From the IMG/VR virus record IMGVR_UViG_2811995091_000194: a stretch of 31,381 nucleotides of DNA; one strand, 5' to 3'. The DNA is from an uncultured virus (IMG/VR IMGVR_UViG_2811995091_000194). Taxonomy: Duplodnaviria > Heunggongvirae > Uroviricota > Caudoviricetes. The translations under genes were made by a program, and so were the position numbers. Under the pieces are notes generated by a model. That model had not been told where the DNA came from. It saw only the letters and a program-made list of their open reading frames with translations, and did not search any database. Shown here piece by piece: positions 17,177 through 25,496 of the stretch (position 1 is the stretch's first letter; the number at the start of each line of letters is the position of its first letter).

Positions 17177-17394
17177 AAGTCGGTGACCTGATTCGCGTTG
17201 CGCCAGATGATGACGAGATCTTTCTGATAGTTGATACAATTACACATCAGTACACTCTTCCTGACGAGGACAAGCGTAGACGAGATCACTTGCTTCTCGA
17301 CATGCACGGGAGGATCCTGAACGGCGGGATGCTACGCCATGCGGTGATGGTTAGTGAGTATGCGTCGTGTATGTCAGCGTCAGGCGTGGTATAA
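17173..17394 (+). CDS. GDLV-family microprotein
   Basis: MKVGDLIRV, FLIVD. Confidence 0.75.
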   Translation: MKVGDLIRVAPDDDEIFLIVDTITHQYTLPDEDKRRRDHLLLDMHGRILNGGMLRHAVMVSEYASCMSASGVV

Positions 17395-17395
17395 T
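17367..17395 (+). promoter_or_regulatory. Promoter GTGTAT-N17-TATAAT
   Basis: One mismatch in the -35 box; overlaps the end of the upstream gene. Confidence 0.7.
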
Positions 17396-17412
17396 AAGGT
17401 AAAGGGATCAAC

Positions 17413-17640
17413 ATGATCATCGGTGACATCGTCAGGCAGAGCGGAAACATGGTGAAAGGCGTGTGTACATCTAGGCGCCTGGGTGTGGTCATTGATATTA
17501 CAGAAAGAGATGACAGCGGACCGGGACTTAGCGGTTCAGAGTGGGCGAAGAAAACATTCGGTCGTCATGTCAATGTTCTCTGGTCAGATGGAAAGATGAT
17601 GCGGGTTCCAGAGCGATCGCTTGAGGTGATCAGTGAGTGA
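17413..17640 (+). CDS. GDLV-family microprotein
   Basis: MIIGDIVRQ, LGVVID, VLWSDG, SLEVISE. Confidence 0.8.
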   Translation: MIIGDIVRQSGNMVKGVCTSRRLGVVIDITERDDSGPGLSGSEWAKKTFGRHVNVLWSDGKMMRVPERSLEVISE

Positions 17641-17878
17641 GATGATCGAGAGGGTTGGCGAGCTCTGCACGATCTGGGATCCCGCTCTCGGCAGTTCTCC
17701 TAAGTACGTACAGAACTGGCTGATCGGCATCATCGTCGACGAGCGGTGGTCCCATGAGTATCGAGGTATGAGATATCAGGTCATGTGGGGTGACTTAAAG
17801 CGAGATGACACCTGGTACTCGTGGGACGATATCAATCCAAAGTGGTTACCGAGAGATGATTTAACGCATTCTACCTAA
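17633..17878 (+). CDS. GDLV-family microprotein
   Basis: RVGELCTI, IGIIVD, YQVMWGD. Confidence 0.7.
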   Translation: MSEMIERVGELCTIWDPALGSSPKYVQNWLIGIIVDERWSHEYRGMRYQVMWGDLKRDDTWYSWDDINPKWLPRDDLTHST

Positions 17879-17897
17879 CAGACCCGGACTAGACGAT

Positions 17898-18128
17898 ATG
17901 AACAACAAGCACAGCAAAAACAGTGATCACCTCGAGCCCGGCGACCTTAGCCACTTCTATGAGCGCGCAGCGCCATATGACGACAAAGGCGCTATATACT
18001 TCGGTATCGTTGTCGAGGTGGGCGAGGCGTATCGACCTGACTACTCGCCCTTATACGGAGTGATGTGCGATGACGGCGTCATGAGGGATTTCTTCGACGG
18101 CGAGAGATACGAAAAGGACGTGCTTTGA
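17898..18128 (+). CDS. GDLV-family microprotein
   Basis: LEPGDLSHF, FGIVVE, YGVMCDDG. Confidence 0.7.
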   Translation: MNNKHSKNSDHLEPGDLSHFYERAAPYDDKGAIYFGIVVEVGEAYRPDYSPLYGVMCDDGVMRDFFDGERYEKDVL

Positions 18129-18331
18129 TGTTGAACAACGGGGACCTGATGGTATATGATGATAGGTATCAGCCAAACCCATGGGATGGTATGCTTGTCC
18201 TGATATTGGAATTATACTCAGAACCGTATGACGCAACACCGCATAACCCACTATACAGAGTATTAATCAACGGTAACATCGACGTGGTCAGTTCAGAATT
18301 TTTAGCAGAGGTGAGAGAAGATGAAGCTTGA
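18125..18331 (+). CDS. GDLV-family microprotein
   Basis: LNNGDLMVY, YRVLING, LAEV. Confidence 0.75.
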   Translation: MMLNNGDLMVYDDRYQPNPWDGMLVLILELYSEPYDATPHNPLYRVLINGNIDVVSSEFLAEVREDEA

Positions 18332-19217
18332 GAGAGTTAGGCTAACAGCTAGTGAGATCAACAGTGACGCCGCCGAGGTGTTGGCGACAAAGCCCGTGTA
18401 CGTTGCGATGACGATGGGTGGGTTCATCGCAGGCGGTTTTGCTCGTAGCCTAGCACACTCCCTGTTGCTTGATCGGAAGGCGTCAATAAGGAATTATCTC
18501 ACGCCGAATAATCAGTGGCCAAGGATCGCGTCAACACCCGGTGATGTTGACATCTTCTCTCCTGCTAGCATTGACACCTTGAAAATCGCGGCCGGTTCCC
18601 GGTCCCTCGGCGACTTTGCTGTGAATGTTCCCATGAAGCTAAGCCAGCAAGCCAGCGCGGGGGTAAAAGAGGTCAACATGCCGTGGAAGCGTGAATACGT
18701 CGTTCAGATCGTCGACCATCCCAGGTTTAGATATGAGGATGTGAGATCGTGCCTGGACTCATTTGACCTGATCAACTCCAGGTACGCCATCGCGATGGAC
18801 AGCGGAGCGATCTATCTTCACTGGGACCCTGAGGCGATCAGGCTAGACAAGTCCAGGCAGATCGGTATCTGCAGGACTGACACGCCGTTCTTGCCCGCTA
18901 GGGTCGCGAAGTATCTCAGGTTCAGGGGATGCGAGAACGGACTTGCCCCAGGGTCAGATGACATGCTAACAGAGTGGTTGATTCGCGCTAGCACAGGAAC
19001 CTGGCCGGAGTACTTTAACGCCCGTCACAAGTCAAGCATTGACAAGCACGTGAGGCTGATGAAGATGTTAGACCTGATGCGTGTGACCGATCTCACACTC
19101 TTTCTTGGAAAGTGGAAACAGGTGGTTAGAAAAGAAAAGTACGGACAGGAGTATATCGTTGACTGGGCGTGTAATCAGATGGGTGAGATGACGGAGTACA
19201 AAAATGACAGCGCGTGA
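18321..19217 (+). CDS. Pol-beta-superfamily nucleotidyltransferase (CCA/poly(A) polymerase head-like)
   Basis: FIAGGFAR..GDVDIF (hGG + DxD), VQIV, LDSFDL, R..KY..RG. Confidence 0.7.
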   Translation: MKLERVRLTASEINSDAAEVLATKPVYVAMTMGGFIAGGFARSLAHSLLLDRKASIRNYLTPNNQWPRIASTPGDVDIFSPASIDTLKIAAGSRSLGDFAVNVPMKLSQQASAGVKEVNMPWKREYVVQIVDHPRFRYEDVRSCLDSFDLINSRYAIAMDSGAIYLHWDPEAIRLDKSRQIGICRTDTPFLPARVAKYLRFRGCENGLAPGSDDMLTEWLIRASTGTWPEYFNARHKSSIDKHVRLMKMLDLMRVTDLTLFLGKWKQVVRKEKYGQEYIVDWACNQMGEMTEYKNDSA

Positions 19218-19422
19218 GCGAGCCTGGACCCTAAACGTCACATCGGTCGAGGACCAGGATGACGGTACCTCGCTTGTCATGTTCGACGTCGACGATGAGT
19301 TCATCACATGGTTCAAGGAGTGGCAAGGTCTAAAGAGGTGGAGTCAAAAGAGATTCCAACGCGTGATGCACGAGGCGTTGGTTGAGTACATCGACGCCTC
19401 AGGTGTGAGGGAGAAGGAATAG
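19204..19422 (+). CDS. Hypothetical protein
   Basis: SD GGAG; 14-nt overlap with the upstream gene. Confidence 0.65.
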   Translation: MTARERAWTLNVTSVEDQDDGTSLVMFDVDDEFITWFKEWQGLKRWSQKRFQRVMHEALVEYIDASGVREKE

Positions 19423-19423
19423 C

Positions 19424-19780
19424 ATGTCATACTCACGGTGGTCAAATAGCTTCTGGTACACGTTCTGGAGCGGGACAGATGATGCGCCTCTCGACGCAAA
19501 GTTTGAGATCTGTGATGTCGCCCGCGGCCAGATCTTTACCTACAAGGAACTGTCAGAAGATATCGACAGCTGTCTCAGGTTGGTCCAGGAGTCATTCCGG
19601 AAGAAAGCACATGGTAAACTATTGGCGGGGATGACAAGGGCGTCAGAGGGTAATCTACGCATGGAGTATGAGGATGTCGAGTGGGATCCTGTTGAGCTAT
19701 CTGACGAGCAATTGAGTGAGCTAAGGGGTTACATGACCGAGTTCATGCGCGACGTGGAGGAGAGATATGACATCGGGTGA
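19424..19780 (+). CDS. Phage hypothetical protein (MSYSRW..WY start)
   Basis: SD AAGGA; 118 aa. Confidence 0.7.
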   Translation: MSYSRWSNSFWYTFWSGTDDAPLDAKFEICDVARGQIFTYKELSEDIDSCLRLVQESFRKKAHGKLLAGMTRASEGNLRMEYEDVEWDPVELSDEQLSELRGYMTEFMRDVEERYDIG

Positions 19781-20000
19781 TCTAATCAGAGTTGAGTATC
19801 CGCCTGAGTGGAACCTGGAATCCTACTATGGGATTGTTCTCGAGTCGTGGAAGGAGTATAGCGCGCGCTGGACAGGTGATCCATTGAACCTTGTTCCTCA
19901 TAACAACAGCGACATGATGGTGCTGACGCCGCACAAGGGCGTGAGAGTTGTCGAAAGGGCGCTGATCCAAAGAAGGTGGGATAAAAATGAGGATAGTTGA
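19767..20000 (+). CDS. GDLV-family microprotein
   Basis: MTSGDLIRV, YGIVLE. Confidence 0.75.
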   Translation: MTSGDLIRVEYPPEWNLESYYGIVLESWKEYSARWTGDPLNLVPHNNSDMMVLTPHKGVRVVERALIQRRWDKNEDS

Positions 20001-20277
20001 GTACATGATGCCGTTTAAGACGACCCTCTCCATGTCGTTCCACACACACGTGGTCCATCATGGTTATAACATTATCGTCTCTGAGACGAAAGATGCCGAG
20101 CTACAGTACGGCAGTCAGGAGGCGCTCACGTTCCTGGCAGATGAGAGCTGGAAGGTGATTGACTATACTAGCATCTGCGCCGGCCATGATACGCCCGACG
20201 TTCTCAACCAGCTTGAGCGCTACACATCTGATGACATCAAAGGTTACAGTGAGCCTTACGGCGAATCGCTGTGGTAA
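19987..20277 (+). CDS. Hypothetical protein
   Basis: Coupled ORF, 96 aa. Confidence 0.6.
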   Translation: MRIVEYMMPFKTTLSMSFHTHVVHHGYNIIVSETKDAELQYGSQEALTFLADESWKVIDYTSICAGHDTPDVLNQLERYTSDDIKGYSEPYGESLW

Positions 20278-20330
20278 AGATATGATGACAAATAATACTT
20301 ACTATAACCCACCCAGTGAGATGATACTCC

Positions 20331-20630
20331 ATGAACGAGAACCTACTAGATCAGGCTGAGACCTACGACGACCTTGTGAGCGCATTGCGAGAATCTAAGC
20401 AGTGGAAGGTCGCAACTGTTGCGAAGTGGCTGTGGGATCTCCTCAGCGAGATGGACGACACCCAGGAGATGATCGACTGGCTAAGATCGCAAAATGTATT
20501 GCAGGGTGATGTCATCGAGCAGCTCGACGCAAAGAATGTTGAGCTAAAGGAGCTCATTGCGTTGTGTGAGCCTCACGTTCCTGCTAATCTGAAGAATGAG
20601 ATCTATGACGTCCTCAACGAGGATGACTGA
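20331..20630 (+). CDS. Coiled-coil hypothetical protein
   Basis: Heptad-like acidic helices. Confidence 0.65.
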   Translation: MNENLLDQAETYDDLVSALRESKQWKVATVAKWLWDLLSEMDDTQEMIDWLRSQNVLQGDVIEQLDAKNVELKELIALCEPHVPANLKNEIYDVLNEDD

Positions 20631-20859
20631 CGTGCCCAGCGTTCGATCAACGATATTCATCAGGGTGAATGGCGATGTTTTCTTTCCAAGGCCCACGTCC
20701 GTGGCGAACGGCGTCATGAGACATCGATGGTTTGAGAGGATGACGGGAGAGACTGGGTACATAGCGTCACCTGATCTTTGGGAATCTCTCAAGAAAAACA
20801 ACGTGGTTCAGCGTCTCACAGAGACATCTGGCGGCAAGGGGGAGATCACCAATGAGTGA
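20623..20859 (+). CDS. Hypothetical protein
   Basis: Overlapping start at ATG 20623. Confidence 0.55.
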   Translation: MTDVPSVRSTIFIRVNGDVFFPRPTSVANGVMRHRWFERMTGETGYIASPDLWESLKKNNVVQRLTETSGGKGEITNE

Positions 20860-21070
20860 GCGTAGTAAGATATACGACTGTGTACTTGGTGACCTTGTTA
20901 AGGTAGTTGATGGATTTGATAGAGAGCCTACCCTAATCGGAATTGGATTGTTTCTTGGGATTGAGAATAAGCTAAATGACATCACTGGGAAAGATTACGC
21001 CATTGTCCTCGTTAATGGGCGTGAGCAGTGGTTTGACGAGCCGTATTGGAAACTGGAGAGAATTAGTTGA
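20852..21070 (+). CDS. GDLV-family microprotein
   Basis: VLGDLVKV, IGLFLG, IVLVNG, KLERIS. Confidence 0.75.
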   Translation: MSERSKIYDCVLGDLVKVVDGFDREPTLIGIGLFLGIENKLNDITGKDYAIVLVNGREQWFDEPYWKLERIS

Positions 21071-21128
21071 ACAGACTAGATAGGAATCCGGGATATTACG
21101 TTCATAGTGAACTTCTTAAGTTTTCGTG

Positions 21129-21137
21129 TGCTATAAT
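21129..21137 (+). promoter_or_regulatory. Extended -10 TGCTATAAT
   Basis: In the intergenic gap at the right edge of the island. Confidence 0.4.
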
Positions 21138-21212
21138 TTATTACGATAGTAAGAAGGCTACGTATATTAAAAAGCAATCATTGAAAATAAGTAAGAATGA
21201 TAAGGAGAAATA

Positions 21213-21470
21213 ATGAGTCTATCTATTGGAAGGCTAGTCTTTGTAGAGAATGCAGGAAGCGCAAGAGGAAGTTCTTGTTATAACCAACTAACATTTATTA
21301 ATAGTGAAGGAAGTGTTGAGCAGATCCTGTTAACAGATCGTGAGCTAGATAACGGAAAAGCTAGAGCTGAAAAGAATCATGCTGATTTGCTTGGTGTAAG
21401 CTTGATTGATCGGCTTGTCGCTTTCAAGATGAAATTATTTGTTAGACTTCTCTCACTTTTTGGAATGTAG
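21213..21470 (+). CDS. Hypothetical protein
   Basis: SD AAGGAG. Confidence 0.65.
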   Translation: MSLSIGRLVFVENAGSARGSSCYNQLTFINSEGSVEQILLTDRELDNGKARAEKNHADLLGVSLIDRLVAFKMKLFVRLLSLFGM

Positions 21471-21511
21471 CATGAGAGATCTTATTGTATTATTTTTAAT
21501 TAAATAAGACG

Positions 21512-22006
21512 TTGGAAAATTTATTTCAACGACAAATAAGTGCGACATGGTATTCAGGCGCCGGACATGAAATTTCATTTCTTGACATTCTAAATGACAT
21601 AGACACACACACGCGGTCTGGAGGCGATATATTCGTTGGAACAGATAGCATGCTTAATTCTCGTATATGCATATTTGCAACTGCTATTTGCTTACACGGC
21701 TCATCAAGCCAGACAGGTGGAAGATATTATTTTAAAAGGACACGGGATAATAATAAAAGGTATTCTCAGTTAAAGACTAGAATAATGAAGGAAGTATCTG
21801 ATTCACTGGAGCTGGGAGGTGTTCTCTTAGAAATATATCCAGACACAGAGATAGAAATTCATGTCGATGTTGGTGTTAATCAAAGATCGCGAACAAAGCC
21901 GCTTGCTGATATGATACGAGGGTGGACTAGAGCTTCTGGATTTGTGTGCAAGATCAAGCCGTTTGCATGGGCTTCAGCATCAGTCGCTGATAAGCATACT
22001 AAGTGA
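21512..22006 (+). CDS. RNase H-like YkuK (DUF458) family protein
   Basis: IFVGTDS, FATAI, RIMKEV..S, EIHVDVG..T, KIKP.AWASASVADKHTK. Confidence 0.88.
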   Translation: MENLFQRQISATWYSGAGHEISFLDILNDIDTHTRSGGDIFVGTDSMLNSRICIFATAICLHGSSSQTGGRYYFKRTRDNNKRYSQLKTRIMKEVSDSLELGGVLLEIYPDTEIEIHVDVGVNQRSRTKPLADMIRGWTRASGFVCKIKPFAWASASVADKHTK

Positions 22007-22208
22007 GAGAATTAGTAATGATCACTAGCACAACGCCGACAATAATTCCAGATATACATGCAATAAAATTATCAGAAAGCTTACGATTGTAGCTTTTAAA
22101 CTTTTTCATTTCATAGTCAAGAATCATCATTTGTGCTTGCACTCGCAAGAGATCATCATTATCTCTAGAGTTCTTCACTACTGATGGAAATTTGATAATG
22201 TTGTTCAT
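21999..22208 (-). CDS. Small C-terminal TM protein
   Basis: MNNIIKFP start typical of phage ORFs; hydrophobic C-terminus; convergent with the YkuK-like gene. Confidence 0.6.
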   Translation of the reverse strand: MNNIIKFPSVVKNSRDNDDLLRVQAQMMILDYEMKKFKSYNRKLSDNFIACISGIIVGVVLVIITNSLT

Positions 22209-22243
22209 GATGACATATAGTTATATCGCATAGGAGATATATC

Positions 22244-22474
22244 GTGAACGTAATAAGAGATTTTATTAGAGCAATAAGATCAAATAGTAATCAAGACTAT
22301 TCGCTTTCTGACACTCATGATCTAGATTTTGGATATGATTATAGGTCAATAACTAGAGATTTTCTTAATGAAAATGTTAAAGATGATCACAGTAATGAAA
22401 AAAGCTCTATTGAAAAATTTGATCCCTCGACAATGACACGTGAATTTTTGATGGGAATCTTATCAGACAAATGA
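22244..22474 (+). CDS. Hypothetical protein with short internal repeats
   Basis: SD AGGAG; IRDFI / ITRDFL / MTREFL. Confidence 0.55.
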   Translation: MNVIRDFIRAIRSNSNQDYSLSDTHDLDFGYDYRSITRDFLNENVKDDHSNEKSSIEKFDPSTMTREFLMGILSDK

Positions 22475-24351
22475 AAAACGACTCCAAGACTAGCAGTAAT
22501 CTTTTAAACGAGGGCTTGCTTGAAGACATTATATCGTTTCTCTTAAAGGGGCTGGGCGTAGATAGGCAAGATGACTTTGACATAGACGCAATTAGAAATA
22601 TTTCTATTGATCGTGGAGAGTGGCTGTCGAAAGGTGATGAAGGAGGAGAAGTTAAAAATCTTCAGCTCATCCTATCTAGCCTGGGATATCAAGTTGAAGC
22701 TACTGGAATATTTGATGAACAGACGACAAGCGCTGTTACATCATTTCAGAATGATATGGGAATTGGAGAGGACGGAGTTGTTGGTCCAATTACATCAACT
22801 GAGATATTGGTCAAGCTGGGCGTTGAGGATAAAGAATCTGAGGCTGTTACGAGCAATGAAGAAGAAGACACTCACGGGTATGCAGCAGTAGAAGAACATA
22901 GATATATTTCACCTGTCCAGGGAGGCAGATATAATCCGAATCGACATGGAAGTGATGGTGTTCAAAAGTCAATGGATATATCCGGAAGAGAAGATCATCC
23001 AATTGTTGCACCAATAGACGGATATATTGACAAGGTATGGTGGGAAATAGACTATGACGATGCACAACCCCAGAGAAAGGGAAAGCGCGGCGGAAGAGTG
23101 ATTAGAATGATAGGCACCGACGGTCTAAGACATTACTTTCTTCATCTAAGTGGATTAGCAGGAAGTCTTGCTGGTGTGATGGATAGTGGAGATTATCGTG
23201 ATAGTGATACACAGCATAAAATAATTCCATGGGGCACACCAGATGCTAGTAGCGCTGGGTCAATTGCTCTTCATGGCGGTCCGCTGCTTGTATCAGGTCA
23301 TGAAGGGCATAGTAAACCAACAGTCTGGCAAGGAAATGAGCGTGTTAGTCAGGGCGATGTTATTGGTTACATGGGGCAGTCTGGGATATCTAGTGAGCAA
23401 TGGGGGGGCAACCATCTTCACTATCACGTAAAAGATGCAGCAGGTAATAAGATCGATCTAAATACTCTTGGATTACACGGAATACGAAAAAAAGGACAGA
23501 GAGATATGTCAGAATCAATTATGAAAGATGATTCACAAATTAGTGAGCATGATCTAAGAAGTATGATAGATGATGAATTAATGAACGTGCTATCTTCTAT
23601 TATTTCTGCAGACGACGAAACAAGCTGTAGCCCATGTGGAGAAAATGCATGTGATCAAGAACAAGATGATGATTATCTGTGGGCAGGCGGTGATAATCTT
23701 GAACGAGAAATTGACTGGGAAGATGTTGTAACAGATGATGATTCACATGAGTCGTCAACGATTATAAAGAAAAGCAGGGGTGGCTGGCAGCACCTTGTTG
23801 GAGAAGATGATATCAATGAATGTCTAAGGCAGCTGATTCGTAAAACTATTATTGCTGAGCAAAATATAGAGTGCGGTCCGCCTCAATTTCAACAAGGAGA
23901 TGTATTTGTTCCAACAAGTAAAGGATTTAGCTTTAAGCTAACAAGAGATTTTTCAAGTATTCCATCTTCAGCTTACGTAACAGCACCATCAAGTGTAGAT
24001 CAAACAGTTGTTGATTTAGGCGTTCATTCAATTTCTGGGTGGGTTATCGGTGAGTATGAAGCGGATCAGGCACTTGCTGCACGCAATATATCAACAGGAG
24101 AAGAGACTACGAAATCATCAAGAAAGCTATTGGGCACAGAAGAGGAAGGTCTAGCTACTGCTGGTCTATGTGCAAATTTATATTGGGAAAAGCTTAGAGA
24201 TAGAAACGATCCTCCAGATAATCTTGAGCTGATGTCTCCGTACACAGTGGATCAATTACGAGAGCTTGGCTGGAGATCAGATCCTCCTGATATGTATGAT
24301 GACGCAGGGAGAAACTTAGCATCTCAAAGTGTTATTCCTGGCAAAGAATAG
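22471..24351 (+). CDS. Peptidoglycan-binding domain + M23 peptidase-like protein with an acidic C-terminal region
   Basis: LSKGDEGGEVKNLQ..LGY..TGIFDEQT..AV..FQ..DGVVGPIT (PGBD); MDI..PIVAPIDG..YFLHL..VSQGDVIGYMGQSG..NHLHY (M23). Confidence 0.85.
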   Translation: MKNDSKTSSNLLNEGLLEDIISFLLKGLGVDRQDDFDIDAIRNISIDRGEWLSKGDEGGEVKNLQLILSSLGYQVEATGIFDEQTTSAVTSFQNDMGIGEDGVVGPITSTEILVKLGVEDKESEAVTSNEEEDTHGYAAVEEHRYISPVQGGRYNPNRHGSDGVQKSMDISGREDHPIVAPIDGYIDKVWWEIDYDDAQPQRKGKRGGRVIRMIGTDGLRHYFLHLSGLAGSLAGVMDSGDYRDSDTQHKIIPWGTPDASSAGSIALHGGPLLVSGHEGHSKPTVWQGNERVSQGDVIGYMGQSGISSEQWGGNHLHYHVKDAAGNKIDLNTLGLHGIRKKGQRDMSESIMKDDSQISEHDLRSMIDDELMNVLSSIISADDETSCSPCGENACDQEQDDDYLWAGGDNLEREIDWEDVVTDDDSHESSTIIKKSRGGWQHLVGEDDINECLRQLIRKTIIAEQNIECGPPQFQQGDVFVPTSKGFSFKLTRDFSSIPSSAYVTAPSSVDQTVVDLGVHSISGWVIGEYEADQALAARNISTGEETTKSSRKLLGTEEEGLATAGLCANLYWEKLRDRNDPPDNLELMSPYTVDQLRELGWRSDPPDMYDDAGRNLASQSVIPGKE

Positions 24352-24453
24352 TAAATGTATCGAGCGCCCATCGAGCGCCCAGGTTTTACACTGTCGATAG
24401 ATAAATTTATTTTAAATTTTCTAAGAACATAATACCAATGAATATTTAGAGAT

Positions 24454-24936
24454 ATGAAAGATATTCTGTCACTGTTAGAAGTAATTAAGTCATCTTTAAA
24501 TGACGGCTGTTCTAATTGTAGCTGCAAATCTGACAGTTCACAAATTGATTCAGTGGAGTCAGTGGAGATGGAACTAAGAAGTTTTCGAGAAGAAGTAAGT
24601 GAAAATGTTACGTCTCTTGCCAAAAGTCAATGTGAAATAATATCCGACCTCAATCGTCATGTCAATGATCTTTCAAGTATTGTTGAATCATTTAATAGAA
24701 GAATTGAATCTAATACAGATGATGTACAAGGATTGCAGCTTAGAATGAATGATGTCGAAGACTTTACATATATCATACCGATTCAGAAAAACGAACCTAT
24801 TGTTAGAAAAGTCTTTAAGGCTGCGAAAGACTTTTTATCTGCTCATCGCATAAGACTTCTTTTAGGATTTGTATCATGTATTGTTTCTGGCACAGTTATT
24901 GCCGGCTTACTATTATTGCTTCAGGGCAACATTTAA
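24454..24936 (+). CDS. Coiled-coil protein with a C-terminal TM anchor
   Basis: Heptads followed by LLLGFVSCIVSGTVIAGLLLLL. Confidence 0.65.
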   Translation: MKDILSLLEVIKSSLNDGCSNCSCKSDSSQIDSVESVEMELRSFREEVSENVTSLAKSQCEIISDLNRHVNDLSSIVESFNRRIESNTDDVQGLQLRMNDVEDFTYIIPIQKNEPIVRKVFKAAKDFLSAHRIRLLLGFVSCIVSGTVIAGLLLLLQGNI

Positions 24937-24959
24937 CATTATTGCAAGGCAACTAGCAA

Positions 24960-25292
24960 ATGTATGAATACAACGCAAAGCTTATTCGTATTGTTGATGG
25001 TGATACACTTGATGCAATGATTGATATAGGGTTTGATGTGTGGGTAAAGAAGAGAATTCGCTTAGCTGGAATAAATGCACCAGAGTCTAGAACTAGAGAC
25101 CTTGAGGAAAAGAAGCTAGGGTTAAAAGCAAAAAGCAGGTTAGCTGAAGTTTTAGATGAAGCAAATAATGAATTTAGAATAATATCTCATGGAGTCGGAA
25201 AATATGGAAGATGTCTTGGAGAGATATTCATCGGTGATGTAAGTGTCAATAGCCAATTGTTAGAAGAAGGAATTGTGAGGAAATACAAATGA
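24960..25292 (+). CDS. Thermonuclease (staphylococcal nuclease) family protein
   Basis: RIVDGDT, IRLAGINAPE, GKYGRCLG, N..LLEEG. Confidence 0.92.
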   Translation: MYEYNAKLIRIVDGDTLDAMIDIGFDVWVKKRIRLAGINAPESRTRDLEEKKLGLKAKSRLAEVLDEANNEFRIISHGVGKYGRCLGEIFIGDVSVNSQLLEEGIVRKYK

Positions 25293-25496
25293 AACATTTA
25301 GACAAGGCTTTAAGTGAACTTTCTCCTGAAGAGCTTTTTGAATTTGAAGAGATGATTGAGCTGTGGATAACCTATGGTGGTGATTAGTCATGAGACAACA
25401 TTGGAAAGCATCTATTAGGGCCAAATGATATAAGCCATGAAAAGTCAACAAAGGCACACCGGGGAATAATTATGAGTAAGATAGGATGACATTATT

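Larger units (their letters stand above)
10424..17186 (+). repeat. Dispersed exact 14-mer ATGAAAGTCGGTGA at gene starts 10424, 10793, 11783, 16944 and 17173
   Basis: Five identical copies read directly; 11782 and 17172 share the 21-mer AATGAAAGTCGGTGACCTGAT; variant ATGAAAATCGGTAA at 16775. Confidence 0.85.

Noticed and set aside
10424..17186. Repeated 14-mer or promoter repeats read as a CRISPR array
   Set aside because: The repeats are short, irregularly spaced by whole genes and lie in coding or promoter sequence; no cas genes are present.
5360..21070. Integron cassette array or diversity-generating retroelement
   Set aside because: Genes overlap, leaving no room for attC sites. No integrase or reverse transcriptase is in the window, and no TR/VR pair differing only at adenines was seen.
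25293..25496. Long intergenic gap as a possible tRNA or ncRNA
   Set aside because: No cloverleaf or T-loop motif was seen. It contains a 32-aa ORF from 25289 (MKHLDKALSELSPEELFEFEEMIELWITYGGD) that is too weak to call.
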